From Octopus sinensis (Eukaryota), in assembly GCF_006345805.1 (NCBI RefSeq), contig NC_043000.1, forward strand, positions 150,102,001 through 150,166,000: a stretch of 64,000 nucleotides of DNA, read 5' to 3'. Positions within the stretch are counted from its first letter, which is position 1. Every line of letters starts with the position of its first letter. Of the stretch, positions 35,416 through 47,833 are shown one piece after another. The position numbers and the translations under genes are program-made. The notes under the pieces were generated by a model, which was not told the DNA's origin, did not search any database, and saw nothing but the letters and a program-made list of their open reading frames with translations.

Positions 35416-38400
35416 TGTAGCAAAGATTTTAAACATTTTGTTTATGAACAGTAAACTCCTTTTACACTCAATCTAAGTTTAACATACTCAGCTGAATTAT
35501 TTACCCATTGAAAGGTTCTGACCATTTTCATTGATGCTTATGTTTTATTATATTGGTAATCCAGTAGATTATAACAATTTAATAATTTTATTTAGATAAA
35601 ATTTAAATGATGTATTGATACTTCATAAAATTTTTAGAGCTTAAACTTTCTTCCTAGAGAAGAAATAATAAGAGATATTTTAAATTTTAAAAAAAGAAAC
35701 TATAAAATCGATTTTGTAAATTGATTACAAAACAATTTTTTAAAAAAAGGAGTGGTGGGGTCAATAAGGTTCAGAAAAATTGTTTTATTCACTAAGTTTT
35801 CCAAGAGGATTGAATTGATGCTCACACAATATAGTTACCTATATAATGGAGCAATACTATTTCATACAATGTAAAATGAGGCCCAAAACAGCCAAGTGCT
35901 CTCTGATAACAGGAAATTTTATTTGGTAATTATTAAATTTCATTTCCGTCAATAATATTTTTGAGAAAAGTATGAATGTCACAACTTCCATTATCTAAAT
36001 TCTATAAAGTATTGTGAATGTGAACAGAAGATTAATGGTCTTGGACTTCTTATCTATTGCAAACGACAGCAGGAAAGCATTTCACTTATCTTCCCTGGTA
36101 CACTTTAAGAATTATTTTGCTGTACTTAGAAGCATAGATGTTTCTTTAAAACCCTGATTAAATACTGAATTTTGATGAAAATTGTGATAAAAAAATTACA
36201 GACGAAACTGAAATTAGAAATAGATATTTAAAACCCAGGCTTCACAAAACCTTCATATATGTATACAGCGGAAACAAGTTTATTGTGATCTTGAAATACG
36301 TTAAGCCAAAAGAGGATGGTGTATATCTATGCAGGCGTTTTGGTGTTCACTTACAATTCAACTTGAAGCAATGCAAAGTGTGAATGGAATAACCTGAGTC
36401 TTTTAACAAGAGAACCTTCTGTAATTATTGAAGTGGTAAAGCAAAAGAATGGAAGCTGAAAAAAAAAAAAAATTGAATTCCTTAAGTTGTGAATCTAGAT
36501 GATAAATTTCTAATTAAATTCCATCTGAAGATATCTTTGATGTTTAGCATATCAATGAGTGTCAACAGCAAATAAGGTAACGGAATGCATTTAGCATTGA
36601 AAATTATTGGAAGCCAATACATAAAATTACCAAAATACTTTTGTGCAATTCAATCTTTTAGACAGATTTTTTTGGTCCAGTAAAGCAACTCTGAAATAAA
36701 TTGCTTTTCAAAATAAATAAATAAATAAAAATAAAGAAGCCTTGTACTTTGCATTTGTTGTTGTTCTTGTTGTTATATGTATGTTTGTGAGTTAGCAATT
36801 GTTACGATAAAAATTACTAAATGGCTTAGGAAAGTAATGTAAACACTCCAGAGCAATGCTAGAGGGCACCAAAGATTTATAATGTACATAGGAGAAAATT
36901 AGATCTTTGTAGTTGATTATTCAATATTTGTATTGAATATTTTATATCTGCCTTTTTGTGCCTGAATGAGTTGGATATTTCATCAAATTTAGACAACTTG
37001 TTGATTTTACAGTTGAATGCACTTCCTAAAACTAACCATTCAACCATAAACTAAGAATATTATCTATTTTTCAGCAAGTAATATATTTTGCATATGCATA
37101 CACAACAAACCCATGAGTGTATGATGTACTATAAACTAGTATGTCATCATTTTGCCTCTTAACCACTGATGAATTCATGATCAAGTGTTGTGAAAACCTT
37201 TCCTTGCAGTGAATATTTCAATACCAATTGCAGACATACAGAAGCAAAATGATATACAGAATCAATGAACTTGGACAAGTAATGAGAAATCTGTGGCACC
37301 ATTAACCAAAATGTAGAAAATGAATTGATAGTAATTCACTTATATGAAGACATTATAAATAACATTTCTGTTCCACATACAATAATAGTACATCATTAGA
37401 TATTTTTTCAGAAGAAATCAAAATAAGTTGATTAGTTTATTTACCTAGAATCAATAAAAATAGTTCATTTTATGTCAAAATCATTCACTGAAATATTTCA
37501 CTTGATATATCAGCAAAACTTTGGAACTAAAAATAGACCATTTGCAATTGTAAGAAACGAAAATTTTTTGATGATTAGTGAGAATCTAAGAGATATACTG
37601 TTCGAGTAAGCATGACTTGCAGTGGTACAGATGCTATGTCATCCCATTCACCAGTTACTGGGGAGAAAACCAGATTAACTAAACACACTGTTGAGGTGAA
37701 TTGACAGGTTGGCACATCCTCTACTCCCATGTACTGAAATGACTTTTAGTAAATAAGAGTATTATTACTCTTAGTTTAGAAATAAAAGTTTCTAATCTAA
37801 ATCCAGACTAGTTATTATGTACACATAGACACCTGATCAAAATGTAATCTATATGTAAAAATTGTCCTTTCTAAAGATTAGGTTAATAGTCCCAAAAATG
37901 ATCATCTTATTAACAACTAGTTTCAGATATATAACCATTTAATTTTATTTTTGCCTTCTTCAGCACTCTGTATCTCCTTTCTTTGCACTCTTCTTTATAA
38001 ATCACTGTCTTGTAGAGATATGAGACTTGATGTACTGGAAATAGAATTTTATATAATTCATTGCATGTAGAAATGTTAGTAATGTTTGCCAGGCTACTTG
38101 GTGGCTTAACCTTAGTAATCAAGATATTAAGTGAAACACAAAATGTAAATGAAGCACCAGAGAAAGTTTGTAAAGGACAAAAGAAATTAAAGCTAGTTCT
38201 GATCCCTTCTTTCAAAATGAGTCAATGAAGGAGCTTCTGTGTAGTTACTTAATCTGTTAGAAATAGTAACCAAATCTCCCTCAAATCTCACACTACCATC
38301 TTGAAAAGAAAAAGATACATTGAATAATGTAGTTCAAGATACACAATGCCAGAGAAGGACAGGTTGGTCATGGTTGGAACACCTTTGATCATAGGTCTTC

Positions 38401-38897
38401 ATAGCTTATAATTAAGTAACAATTTCTTTCAAACTAAACCAAGAAGGGAACCTTTTTTTGTAGTCTTTTGACTTGCTAGAAACAACAATTGAATCCCCTT
38501 CAAATCTCATTGAGGTGTCTTAAAAACAAACAATGTGGTCTGTAGCTCATAGCGTATTATACCTGACAACAAAAACATTATGAGATGTTCATAATCAGAG
38601 ATCTGCTGAATCATGATCAATTTGGAGAAAAACAAGATCTTTTAAGAAATTAATTAAAATATTTACAAATATAATTAGCCGTGGGCCTCTATCTTTTGGT
38701 TTGTCAGTCCCCCCTGGTATGCATATCAAAGGCATATTTTGACTGTGCTTGTATTTTGTGGAAATATTGACAGGTCATTTATTTAGCTAAGCTATGACAC
38801 CTTCATTATGTCTGTACTTAGTGGAAACACTAACAAGTCATTGAGTAGAAATGTATGAAAGTTTAACTATCTATATTGTGTGTGTGTATTATTATAT

Positions 38898-39545
38898 AAG
38901 GCAGCAAACTGGCAGAACTCTTAGCATACAGGACAAAATGCTTACTGGCATTTTGTCAATCTTTACATTCTGAGTTCAAATTTCACCAAGGTCTGTTTTG
39001 CCTTTCATCCTTTTAGGGTCAATGAAATCAAGTTACCCCTTCCCCCAAAATTCCAGTCCTTGTGCCTAAAATAGAAAAGATTATCTTTAAGGTGGCGAGC
39101 TGGCAAAGGCGTTAGCACGCCAGGTGAAATACTTAGCAGTATTTCATCTGCTGTTACGTTCTGAGTTCAAATTCCGCCGAGGTCGACTTTGCCTTCCATC
39201 CTTTTGGTGTCGATAAATTAAGTACCAGTTACGCACTGGAGTCAGTGTAATCGACTTAATCCCTTGTCTGTCCCCTCTATGTTTAGCCCCTTGTGGGCAA
39301 TAAAGAAATAAGAAAGGATTATCTTATATAAGGCAGCGAGCTGGCAGAACCATTAGCACACAGAACAAATTGCCAGTAAGCAATTTGTCCGTCTTTAAAT
39401 TCTGAGTTCAAATTACATCAAGGTTTTCTTTGCCTTTTGTCCTTTCAGGGTCAATGAAGTGAGCACCAGTTGAGTACTGGAGTCAATGTAATTGACTTGA
39501 CCCTGCCCCAAAATTTCAGGCCTTGTGCCTATGGAAGAAAGGATC
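38898..39545 (+). mobile_element. Three head-to-tail Deu/Nin-core SINEs (old 38898-39085, young family B 39089-39310, old 39330-39545)
   Basis: Each begins aagg(c/t)(a/g)gc..gctggca and contains ttctgagttcaaat..gcctt(t/c)catcc-like sequence. Confidence 0.8.
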
Positions 39546-40707
39546 AAACAGTTTCCGGACTAGTTATGTTTTATAAAAAATAATTTATTTACCTAAGTTT
39601 TAACATCATCTCCTTCGAAATAGTCACCTTACGCAGCAATACACCGGTCCCAGCATTCCTGTCACTTTTGGAATCTGGTCTGGAAGCCGTTTTCTGTAAG
39701 CAAGCGCCATCCAACCAAAATGCAAATATATGGGAAACTACCACCTGTGTCATCTCTTGTGAAAGGTAGGAGAGTCCAGTTTGCTGGAGATTGTTGTAGA
39801 GCTGAAAAAAGAGGTAATTTCTACTCTTCTCCTCTGGAAGCCATCTATTCGCAATGCCAGAGGGCGCACACTCTCCTACCCTGATGTAATCTCCAGGGAT
39901 ACAGGCATCCAGCAACAGGACCTCCGTAATGCCATGATGGACCGTGAAGTCTGGTGTAACATGGTAAATTCCACTGTCTCGGCCACGGTCGAACAATGAT
40001 GATGATGATGTAAGCAACTTGAGGACCTTCTGCAATTCGCTTTGGACCTCGACAACTTTTGAGCTGCATTTTCATTTTGGAGAAGAGATGGAAATCTGCT
40101 GGTGCTAAATCTGATGAATAGGGCAGATGCATGTTTTTAGTGAGAAATGCACAAGTGAGGAGAGCTCAGTGACAGGGTGTATTGTCATCGTGAAGAATCC
40201 AATTCTTCATGTTCCACCAATCTGGTCACTTTCACCAAATGTCTTCCCTCAAATGCTTCAAAATGTCGCAGTAGAACTCTCGATTCCTGGTCTGACCCCA
40301 GGGGACGAATTCTCGATGCACAATACCACATTTCTGGGGGTAACATCATCTTCCAAGGACGGTCTTCTGCTTTTGAAGCACCTGTACCACTTGAAACATT
40401 ATGTACAACCCATTGCATCATTGTCATAAGCTTGCCAAAACATGCTCAATGTCTCTGAAGCTGATTTCCCAAGTTCAACGCAAAACTTAACGTTGGCTCT
40501 TTGTTCCTGTCCATGCAAAAATCTCAGACTACAGCATACACATGATCACAAAAACACATTTCACAACTCGCAAGTAAACATAGCAATGTCACTCGGCACA
40601 CTGCCTCATGAACATCATTGCTAGCTCTCACTGCACATGCAACTGTGTGCTGCCATCTGTTGGCATGCTAGAGAACTAGTCTGGGAACTTCTTGATACCA
40701 CCTCATA
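39542..40707 (-). mobile_element. Mariner transposon remnant
   Basis: Minus peptide HLPYSSDLAPADFHLFSKMK (YSPDLAP-D motif). TIR-like ends gatcaaacagtttccggact and ggaacttcttgataccacctcata. Confidence 0.8.
39704..40008 (+). mobile_element. RTEX-like LINE 3' end nested in mariner, 9-bp TSD
   Basis: HPTKMQIYGKLPPVSSLVKGRRVQFAG...LLLWKP...RDTG...AMMDREVW plus (GAT)n tail. TSD tgtaagcaa at 39695-39703 and 40009-40017. Confidence 0.8.
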
Positions 40708-40718
40708 TTACTTTTATT

Positions 40719-43700
40719 TCATCATCATCGTTCAGCATCTGTTTTCCATGAGCTGGATGGTTTGACTGGGGACTGGCAAGCCAGGACGCTACACCAGGCT
40801 CCAATCTGATTTGACAATGTTTCTACAGCTGGATGCTCTTCCTAATGCCAACGACTCCAAGAATGTAGTGGGTGCTTTTTACATGCCACTGGCATGGGAG
40901 CCAGCCAGGCAGCACTGGTACCGGCCATGATCGGATGGTGCTTATTGCCACAACTACAATTTCCATTTTTGATTTCGATTTGATTGAGATTTTGATTTTA
41001 CTTGACTCAGTAGGTTTCGTCAAGCATTGCATGTCGCCCAACGATTCAAAGATACTTTTTAAATGGGCTAGTTATGCTATACTGTTATAAGCTATGATCT
41101 CACTTTACTTGCCGAGTCTTCTCACTCACAGCATATCTCCAGAGGTCTCGATTTCTTGTCATTGCCTCTGTGAGGCCCAAAGTTTGAAAGTCATGCTTCA
41201 CCACCTCATCCCATGTCTTCCTGGGTCTTCCTCTTCCATGGGTTCCTTCCACTGTTAGTGAGTCACACTTCTTCACACTGCTCTCCTCATCCATATGCAG
41301 CACATGACCATACCAGTGCAGTCGTCTCTTGCACACCACATCTGATGCTTCTTATGTCCAACATTTCTCTGAGGCCACTTACACTCTGTAGTATGTGCAC
41401 ACTGACATTACACATTCAGCAGATCATACTAACTTCATTTCTTCCAATCCTACATATGTCCTCAACAATCACGGCCCATGTTTCACTGCCGTGTAGCATG
41501 GCAGTCTGCATACATGCATCATGCAGTCTACCTTTCACTCTGAGTGAGAGGCCCATTGTCACCAGTAGAGGTAGGAGCTTTCTGAACTTTGCCCAGGCTA
41601 TTCTTATTCCAGTGGCAATGCTCCCTGAGCATCCACCTCCACTGCAGACTTGGTCACCTGGGTAACAGAAGCTTCTAGTTCCTCTACTTCTAGTTCCTCC
41701 CCCTGTTTATTGCCCCTGTCATCTGTTGCACACAAAGGCTATCATCCCAGTTAACCTTCCTTTGATGTTACTGCACCTCTTATGCATCCATAGCTTATAC
41801 TGAGTACATCTTATGAAGTTTCTACAGATCAAGCAGGACCATCTACCTGAAGGGGTTTGTGACTTGTCCACCTTCCTACTTACTAGAACTTTGGTTTTTG
41901 TGATATTGACTCCAGGGCCTTTCGATTCTAACCCTTGCTTCCACACCTGAAATTTCTTCTCTAGTTCTGGGTGTGATTCAGCTATGAGAGCAAGGTCGTC
42001 AGCTTAGAGGAGCTCCCAGGGACAGCCTGTCTTGAATTCCACTGTTATTGCCTGGAGGGCTATGATGAATAAGAGGAGGCTGAGGGCTGAGCCTAGGTGA
42101 ACCCCTACATGTACCTGAAATTCTTCACTATACTCGTTGCCGACCCTTACCTTACTGACAGCATCCCTGAACTGGGCCTGTGCAGCTCTTATTAACCCTA
42201 GTTTCTGCATCACCCACCAGGTAAGGGATCAGGGGACCCTGTCAAAGGTTTTCTCCAAGTCAACAAAAGCTAAGTTTAGAGGTTTATCTTTGGCTAGATA
42301 TTTCTCCTGCAGTTGCCTTACCAGGAATATAGCATCTGTGGTGCTTATACCTAGCACAAAACCAAACTGCATCTCATCTAAGCAGACTCTTTCCCTAATT
42401 AGTTGGGCTATGACCCTCTCCATGACTTTCATCACCTGATCCAGCAGTTTGATATGCCTGTAGTTATTTCTTTCTAAAGCATCACCTTTACTTTTGTAGC
42501 AGTTGACTATGGTGTTGCTACGCCAGTCATTGGATATGACTCCTTTGTGAACTACTTGGTTTACAGTACAGGTGACTAGACCATAACCCTCACCATCAGA
42601 TATTTTAAGCATCTCAGCAGTGATTCCTGATGAGCCGGGGGCTTTTCTTGACTTCATATTCTTAATTGCTTTATCTACCAGAGTGCTATCGATTTGGGTA
42701 GCTGATCCCATGACTGGGTCAACATTTGGCAGGCTCTTCTCCTCCCATTCATTCTCCACATTCAGCAACCTTTCATAATGGCATCTCCAAGCCTCTTTCT
42801 TTGTAGAATCATTAAAAGCAAGTGCACCATCATCCATGCGGACACATTTCTCTTCTGTAACATCATAATTTTCTCTCACACATTGTCTTGCAATCCAAAA
42901 TACTTCAGTTCTTTGGTCCTCATGTTGCTGAACATTGGCAAACTTCTTTTCTGCTTCTCCCTTGACTTTATATACCTGTCTCCCAGCCTCTGTTCTGGCT
43001 ATCTGGTACAGTTCCCTGCTACCCCAACTCTTCGAAGCTTTCCAGGCTTGTTTCTTTGCTCTAATGGCCTTGTCTGTGGTATTATTCCACCACCACATTA
43101 CCCTAGGTCTAGAAGGGACTTTGCACCAGCTGTATATTTGGTCTGTGGCACTCAGTAAGCTGTCCTATAGGAATTTCCAGCTACCCTCTGTGTTACAAGT
43201 CCGTAGCTCCTCCTCCCTCTCTTCAAATTTCTCAATGAGGATGTCCCTAAATCTCTGACCATGTGAAGGGTTCTTTAGCTTCCAAATCCTTCTTTTCTGG
43301 ATTGATCTGCTTTCTGGCATCCTTCTGGCCTCAAGTCTAAAGTTGCTAATGACTAGTCTATCTTGGGGGGTGGGGGGTACGTTCTTCACCAGGGAGGGTT
43401 TTTGTATTTAAGAGCAACCATGCATTCCACTGTCTGGTGAGGATGAAATCGATCTGGCTAGCAGAGTCGCCTGATTGATAGGCTATCAGGTGGCCATCTG
43501 GCATCCTGAAGTTGGTGCTGCAGATTAATAGGTTGCTTGTGTCACAGAACTCCAGTAGCCTAGTTCCCTCTTTGTTTTGGGAACCATTTCCATGGCCCCC
43601 ATGAACATCATAGAAGATACCAGATTGCCATCCAACATGCCCATTAAAATCTCCAGCCGCAAAGATGAGGTCATTGCCACTATATTTCATTCAGTTAATC
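40719..43700 (-). mobile_element. About 3-kb degenerate RTE LINE (APE endonuclease plus RT, disrupted)
   Basis: ORFs 43358-43690 (AGDFNGHVG, SQIDFILTR) and 42229-43098 (KAPGSSGITAEMLK, QFGFV, AFVDLEKTFDRVP); UTR and (GAT)n tail near 40720. Multiple stops and frameshifts. Confidence 0.92.
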
Positions 43701-43872
43701 TCGATGATGATGATAATGATGAATACAGTTTGCCATAAGTAATAACTATAAAACTGAATATTTATCACCCATAAGTTTCCCATCGGTACCACACCAATTT
43801 ACAAACACCAATTCAATGACAAAAGATTGTTATATTGCATCAAGTGATATTCTGTTGAACCATATTTAACAC

Positions 43873-44233
43873 TCTTTACTCTTTACTCTTTTACTTGTTT
43901 CAGTCATTTGACTGCGGCCATGCTGGAGCACCGCCTTTAGTCGAGCAACTCGACCCCGGGACTTATTCTTTTTGTAAGCCCAGTACTTATTCTATCGGTC
44001 TCTTTTTGCCGAACCACTAAGTGACGGGGACATAAACACACCAGCATCGGTTGTCAAGCAATGCTAGGGGGACAAACACATATATAGTTTCCGTCTACCA
44101 AATCCACTCACAAGGCACTGGTTGGCCCGGGGCTATAGCAGAAGACACTTGCCCAAGATGCCACGCAGTGGGACTGAACCCGGAACCATGTGGTTGGTTA
44201 GCAAGCTACTTACCACACAGCCACTCCTGTGCC
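43873..44233 (-). mobile_element. SINE family A (central microsatellite region deleted)
   Basis: Reverse complement of family A. Confidence 0.88.
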
Positions 44234-44265
44234 TATCAAATTTATGTCATTATTAAGAGTTACTG

Positions 44266-44480
44266 AAGGTGGTGGGCTGACAGAATCCTTATTATGCCAG
44301 ACAAAATTCTTAAAGGTATTTCTTCCGACTGTACATTCTGAGCTCAAATTCCACTGAGGTCAGCTTTGCCTTTCATCTTTTCAGGATTAATAAAGTAGAT
44401 ACCAGTTGAGTGCTGGGGTTGATGTAATCAACTATCCCTCTCATAAAATGTCAGGCCTTATGCCTACAGTAGAAAGAGTT
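44266..44480 (+). mobile_element. Older Deu/Nin-core SINE
   Basis: ttctgagctcaaattccactgaggtcagctttgcctttcatc; homologous to 39330. Confidence 0.7.
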
Positions 44481-44791
44481 GTTACGATTTATCTTAGTAT
44501 CAACCAGATCATCAGAATGTTATACACCGTTGGTTACAGTGCGCTTCCAATTTTGTCTTGATTTTACCATTCTTTTCTGTCTTGATCCAAATTGCTTGAC
44601 TAAATTGTCTTCCCATTGTTATAGAGGTCTTCCAAGTGGCATTTTATGATCTCTTGGATACCAGTCATCAACTGCACAGGTCCACCTGTTGTCTATTTAC
44701 CTTGTGACATGTGCTTTTGGTACTCTATGATCTTGTGCAATTGGTACTCATCATTCACTCTGCTCTATATTAGGATTTATATATATATATA

Positions 44792-45201
44792 CTCTCTCTT
44801 TTACTCTTTTACTTGTTTCAGTCATTTGACTGCAGCCATGCTGGAGCACCGCCTTTTAATCGAGGAACTCGACCCCAGGACTTATTCTTTGTAAGCCCAG
44901 TACTTATTCTATCGGTCTCTTTTGCCGAACTGCTAGGTGACTGGGACATAAACACACCAGCATCGGTTGTCAAGCAATGCTAGGGGGACAAACACAAACC
45001 TACACGCACACATATATATACATATATATACATATATACGACAGGCTTCTTTCAGTTTCCGTCTACCAAATCCACTCACAAGGCTTTGGTTGGCCCGAGG
45101 CTATAGCAGAAGACACTTGCCTAAGATGCCATGCAGTGGGACTGAACCCGGAACCATTTGGTTGGTTAGCAAGCTACTTACCACACAGCCACTCCTGCGC
45201 C
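44792..45201 (-). mobile_element. SINE family A, full length
   Basis: Reverse complement of 5224-5634. Confidence 0.9.
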
Positions 45202-45775
45202 TATATATATATATATATATATTCAAAGTATAATTTGAATTTAAAGAAAAAAGTAGATAAATATATATTTTTAGAAATTGTTGCTTTATTTGCCACATTT
45301 CTTTCCTGAATAATAAAAATCAGTGCCCCTCTATGTTCAGTTTTGTTTAGGAATTTTCAAAATTGCATATAACAGTTTGGAGATAAACTCTAAAATTTCT
45401 TTGCTGAAGGTTTTAGGATCATAGTTTTCAGATTTTGGCCATTTAGTTTTCATTTTGCTGTACTTTTCTATCATTTAGCATCTGAAATTTTTAATGTCTA
45501 ATGTTGCAGAAAGAATAGACATGTGGGCTAGGTGTATTCTTAATATCATCTATTTCATTTTTTTTTTTCAATTTTTTCACATCCTGTTTTGATGGAATTA
45601 GCTTGTGTTTCTTTTGAAAACTCAATATTCAAATATATTTATAATTTAGTGCCTTCGTTATAAAAAAGAATTTATTATTGAGGTTGAGCTAATTGCTTAT
45701 TCCTTTTCAAAAACTGTTTGGCTTTTGTGTCATCATTTTATTATTTTTATTATTAAAACCAGTGTTTCATATCCT

Positions 45776-46066
45776 TACTCTTTTACTTGTTTCAGTCATT
45801 TGACTGCGGCCATGCTGGAGCACCGCCTTTAGTCGAGCAAATCGATTCCGGGACTTATTCTTTGTAAGCCCAGTACACACATACATATATATATACATAT
45901 ATACGACAGGCTTCTTTCAGTTTCCGTCTACCAAATCCACTCACAAGGCATTGGTCGGCCCGAGGCTATAGTAGAAGACACTTGCCCAAGATGCCACGCA
46001 GTGGGACTAAACCCGGAACCATGTGGTTGGTAAGCAAGCTACTTACCACACAGCCACTCCTGCGCC
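45776..46066 (-). mobile_element. SINE family A with internal deletion
   Basis: Jumps from gcccagtac directly to acacatacat. Confidence 0.88.
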
Positions 46067-47731
46067 TATCAACATATAGCTCAAGTCCCATTGTTCATTT
46101 TGCCATAAACTGATACCATTTTAGGTACAGCTAACCACTAATTACTGCAGAAACACTGTATAATGTCTTGTTATCTTTCTTTACCAAGTTCAAGTTTTAT
46201 AAGTCCGATACCAAACAAAAGAAACTTTATACAGATGTTTGACCTCTTAAATTTTCCCCAAATCATGCCTATTGTCAAAAATATAAAGTACATTTGACAA
46301 TGTATTCCCTGATATACAAAGATGGGATAGTCATGATAGAAATGCTCACTCAGGCTGACTTGGGGTTAAACAACAATTCTGTGCCTAGGACATGACAATC
46401 TTTCGCATTGCAGCTCAACTTCAATCAATGCTATTATCCCTACACTATTGAGGACTTAATATAGATATGTTATGAACTATCTACTTATATCTCAGTTTTA
46501 AGTATTTCAAGTTCAACAGTTAGAATATTAAATATTTTTTCATTACTTATTTATATATCTTCAGTTTTACTTCTGGATTTTTTTCTGTTATTTTTTACAA
46601 GTTATATTGTTTCTAGTTAAAATGCAACCAAATATTTAATATTTCTTACTGTCAAAGTGATTACTATTTGGTTCTATATACTATCACTGCCATTTTTTTC
46701 CTGTGGATTAATTTGGCATATTTTAACAGTCTATTTTTAATTAATACCCAATTATGTATATGACTCCAGTCATTATTTTACCACCAAAAGACTAAAACAC
46801 TTAATGGCACAATATTAAAAGCAAGAATCTTAATGCCAATCAGAATTATGTCTAATTTTTTTTATAAACTCCAGTTCCACATGAACATTCTCTGTGATAT
46901 GTTCTGCTAGACACATTTATTAGGCAACCAAAATTTCTTTTATGGATTTTCATTTCATCAATATACGTGTGTGTGTGTGCACATGTGTATGTATATGCAT
47001 ATCTGTGGGTGAAATTTAATTCATGTTTTAAAATTGACAGGGTTTACAAATCAGAGAGGCGTTTTCAAAAAAATTATGAATTGAACTATTTTCAAATGAA
47101 AATATTCAATTCTAATATTTCTCAAATTTTGTTTTTATTCATTACTTTTAGTTTTTAACTTAGTTTCTTTTTCTGTTGATTGTTACAAATATTTCATCTA
47201 TTTCTTTATAACTTTCAATTCAGTTATAGTTGAGTAGCCAAAATGGAGAAGTTTTTAGTTAAATACTTTGTTCTGAGTTCAAATCCCTCCAGAGATTCTC
47301 TACACTTTGCCTATCATTCCTTTCTTGTCAGTAAAATTAGTAACAGTCAAACAGGAGTTGGTTGAATTGACTATATCCCCCTACAGATTTGAGGCCAAAG
47401 TTAGAAATTTTTATTTCACCTCTTGCTCATATAAGATTACTCAGATTAAAATCTTTAGAATTTACTTTTTCTTATGGGGAGGCACCTTACATAATAATCA
47501 TCTTATTGAAAAATGTTTTAAAAATTATTTTTATTTAAAATTTTTTTTGTTTCTATTTTTAATGTATTTTGTAAATAAATTTAAAATATTCCCCTTCTCC
47601 ACTCTTCCTCTTTTTAATCTATAGTTTTTATCCTTTCTATTATTATTTTTACTACGTTTCTAACCATGTTACTATTTTTGTTTTAAATAATTTCTCTCTT
47701 CATCTCTGTGAATAAATAATGTATTTTTCAG

Positions 47732-47833
47732 ACCCACACCATAGAGAAGCCCCACCTGTCCAGATCATCAAGAACCAAATCTTTAGAAGAAAGGCTACAA
47801 GAATATAATGAGACACGTGCACGGATATTTAAA
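47732..47833 (+). CDS. R3HDM1/2: SUZ-domain exon 8 (THTIEKPHLSRSSRTKSLEERLQEYNETRARIFK)
   Basis: Acceptor gtatttttcag and donor gtgaat. 102 nt, phase 0/0. KSLEER..EY...RARIF is the SUZ consensus (KSxEEREEEYxxARxRIF). No later exon was identified in the window. Confidence 0.9.

Noticed and set aside
42229-43098. Intact reverse transcriptase gene
   Set aside because: It is a fragment of a LINE with stops and frameshifts on both sides; not an active ORF.
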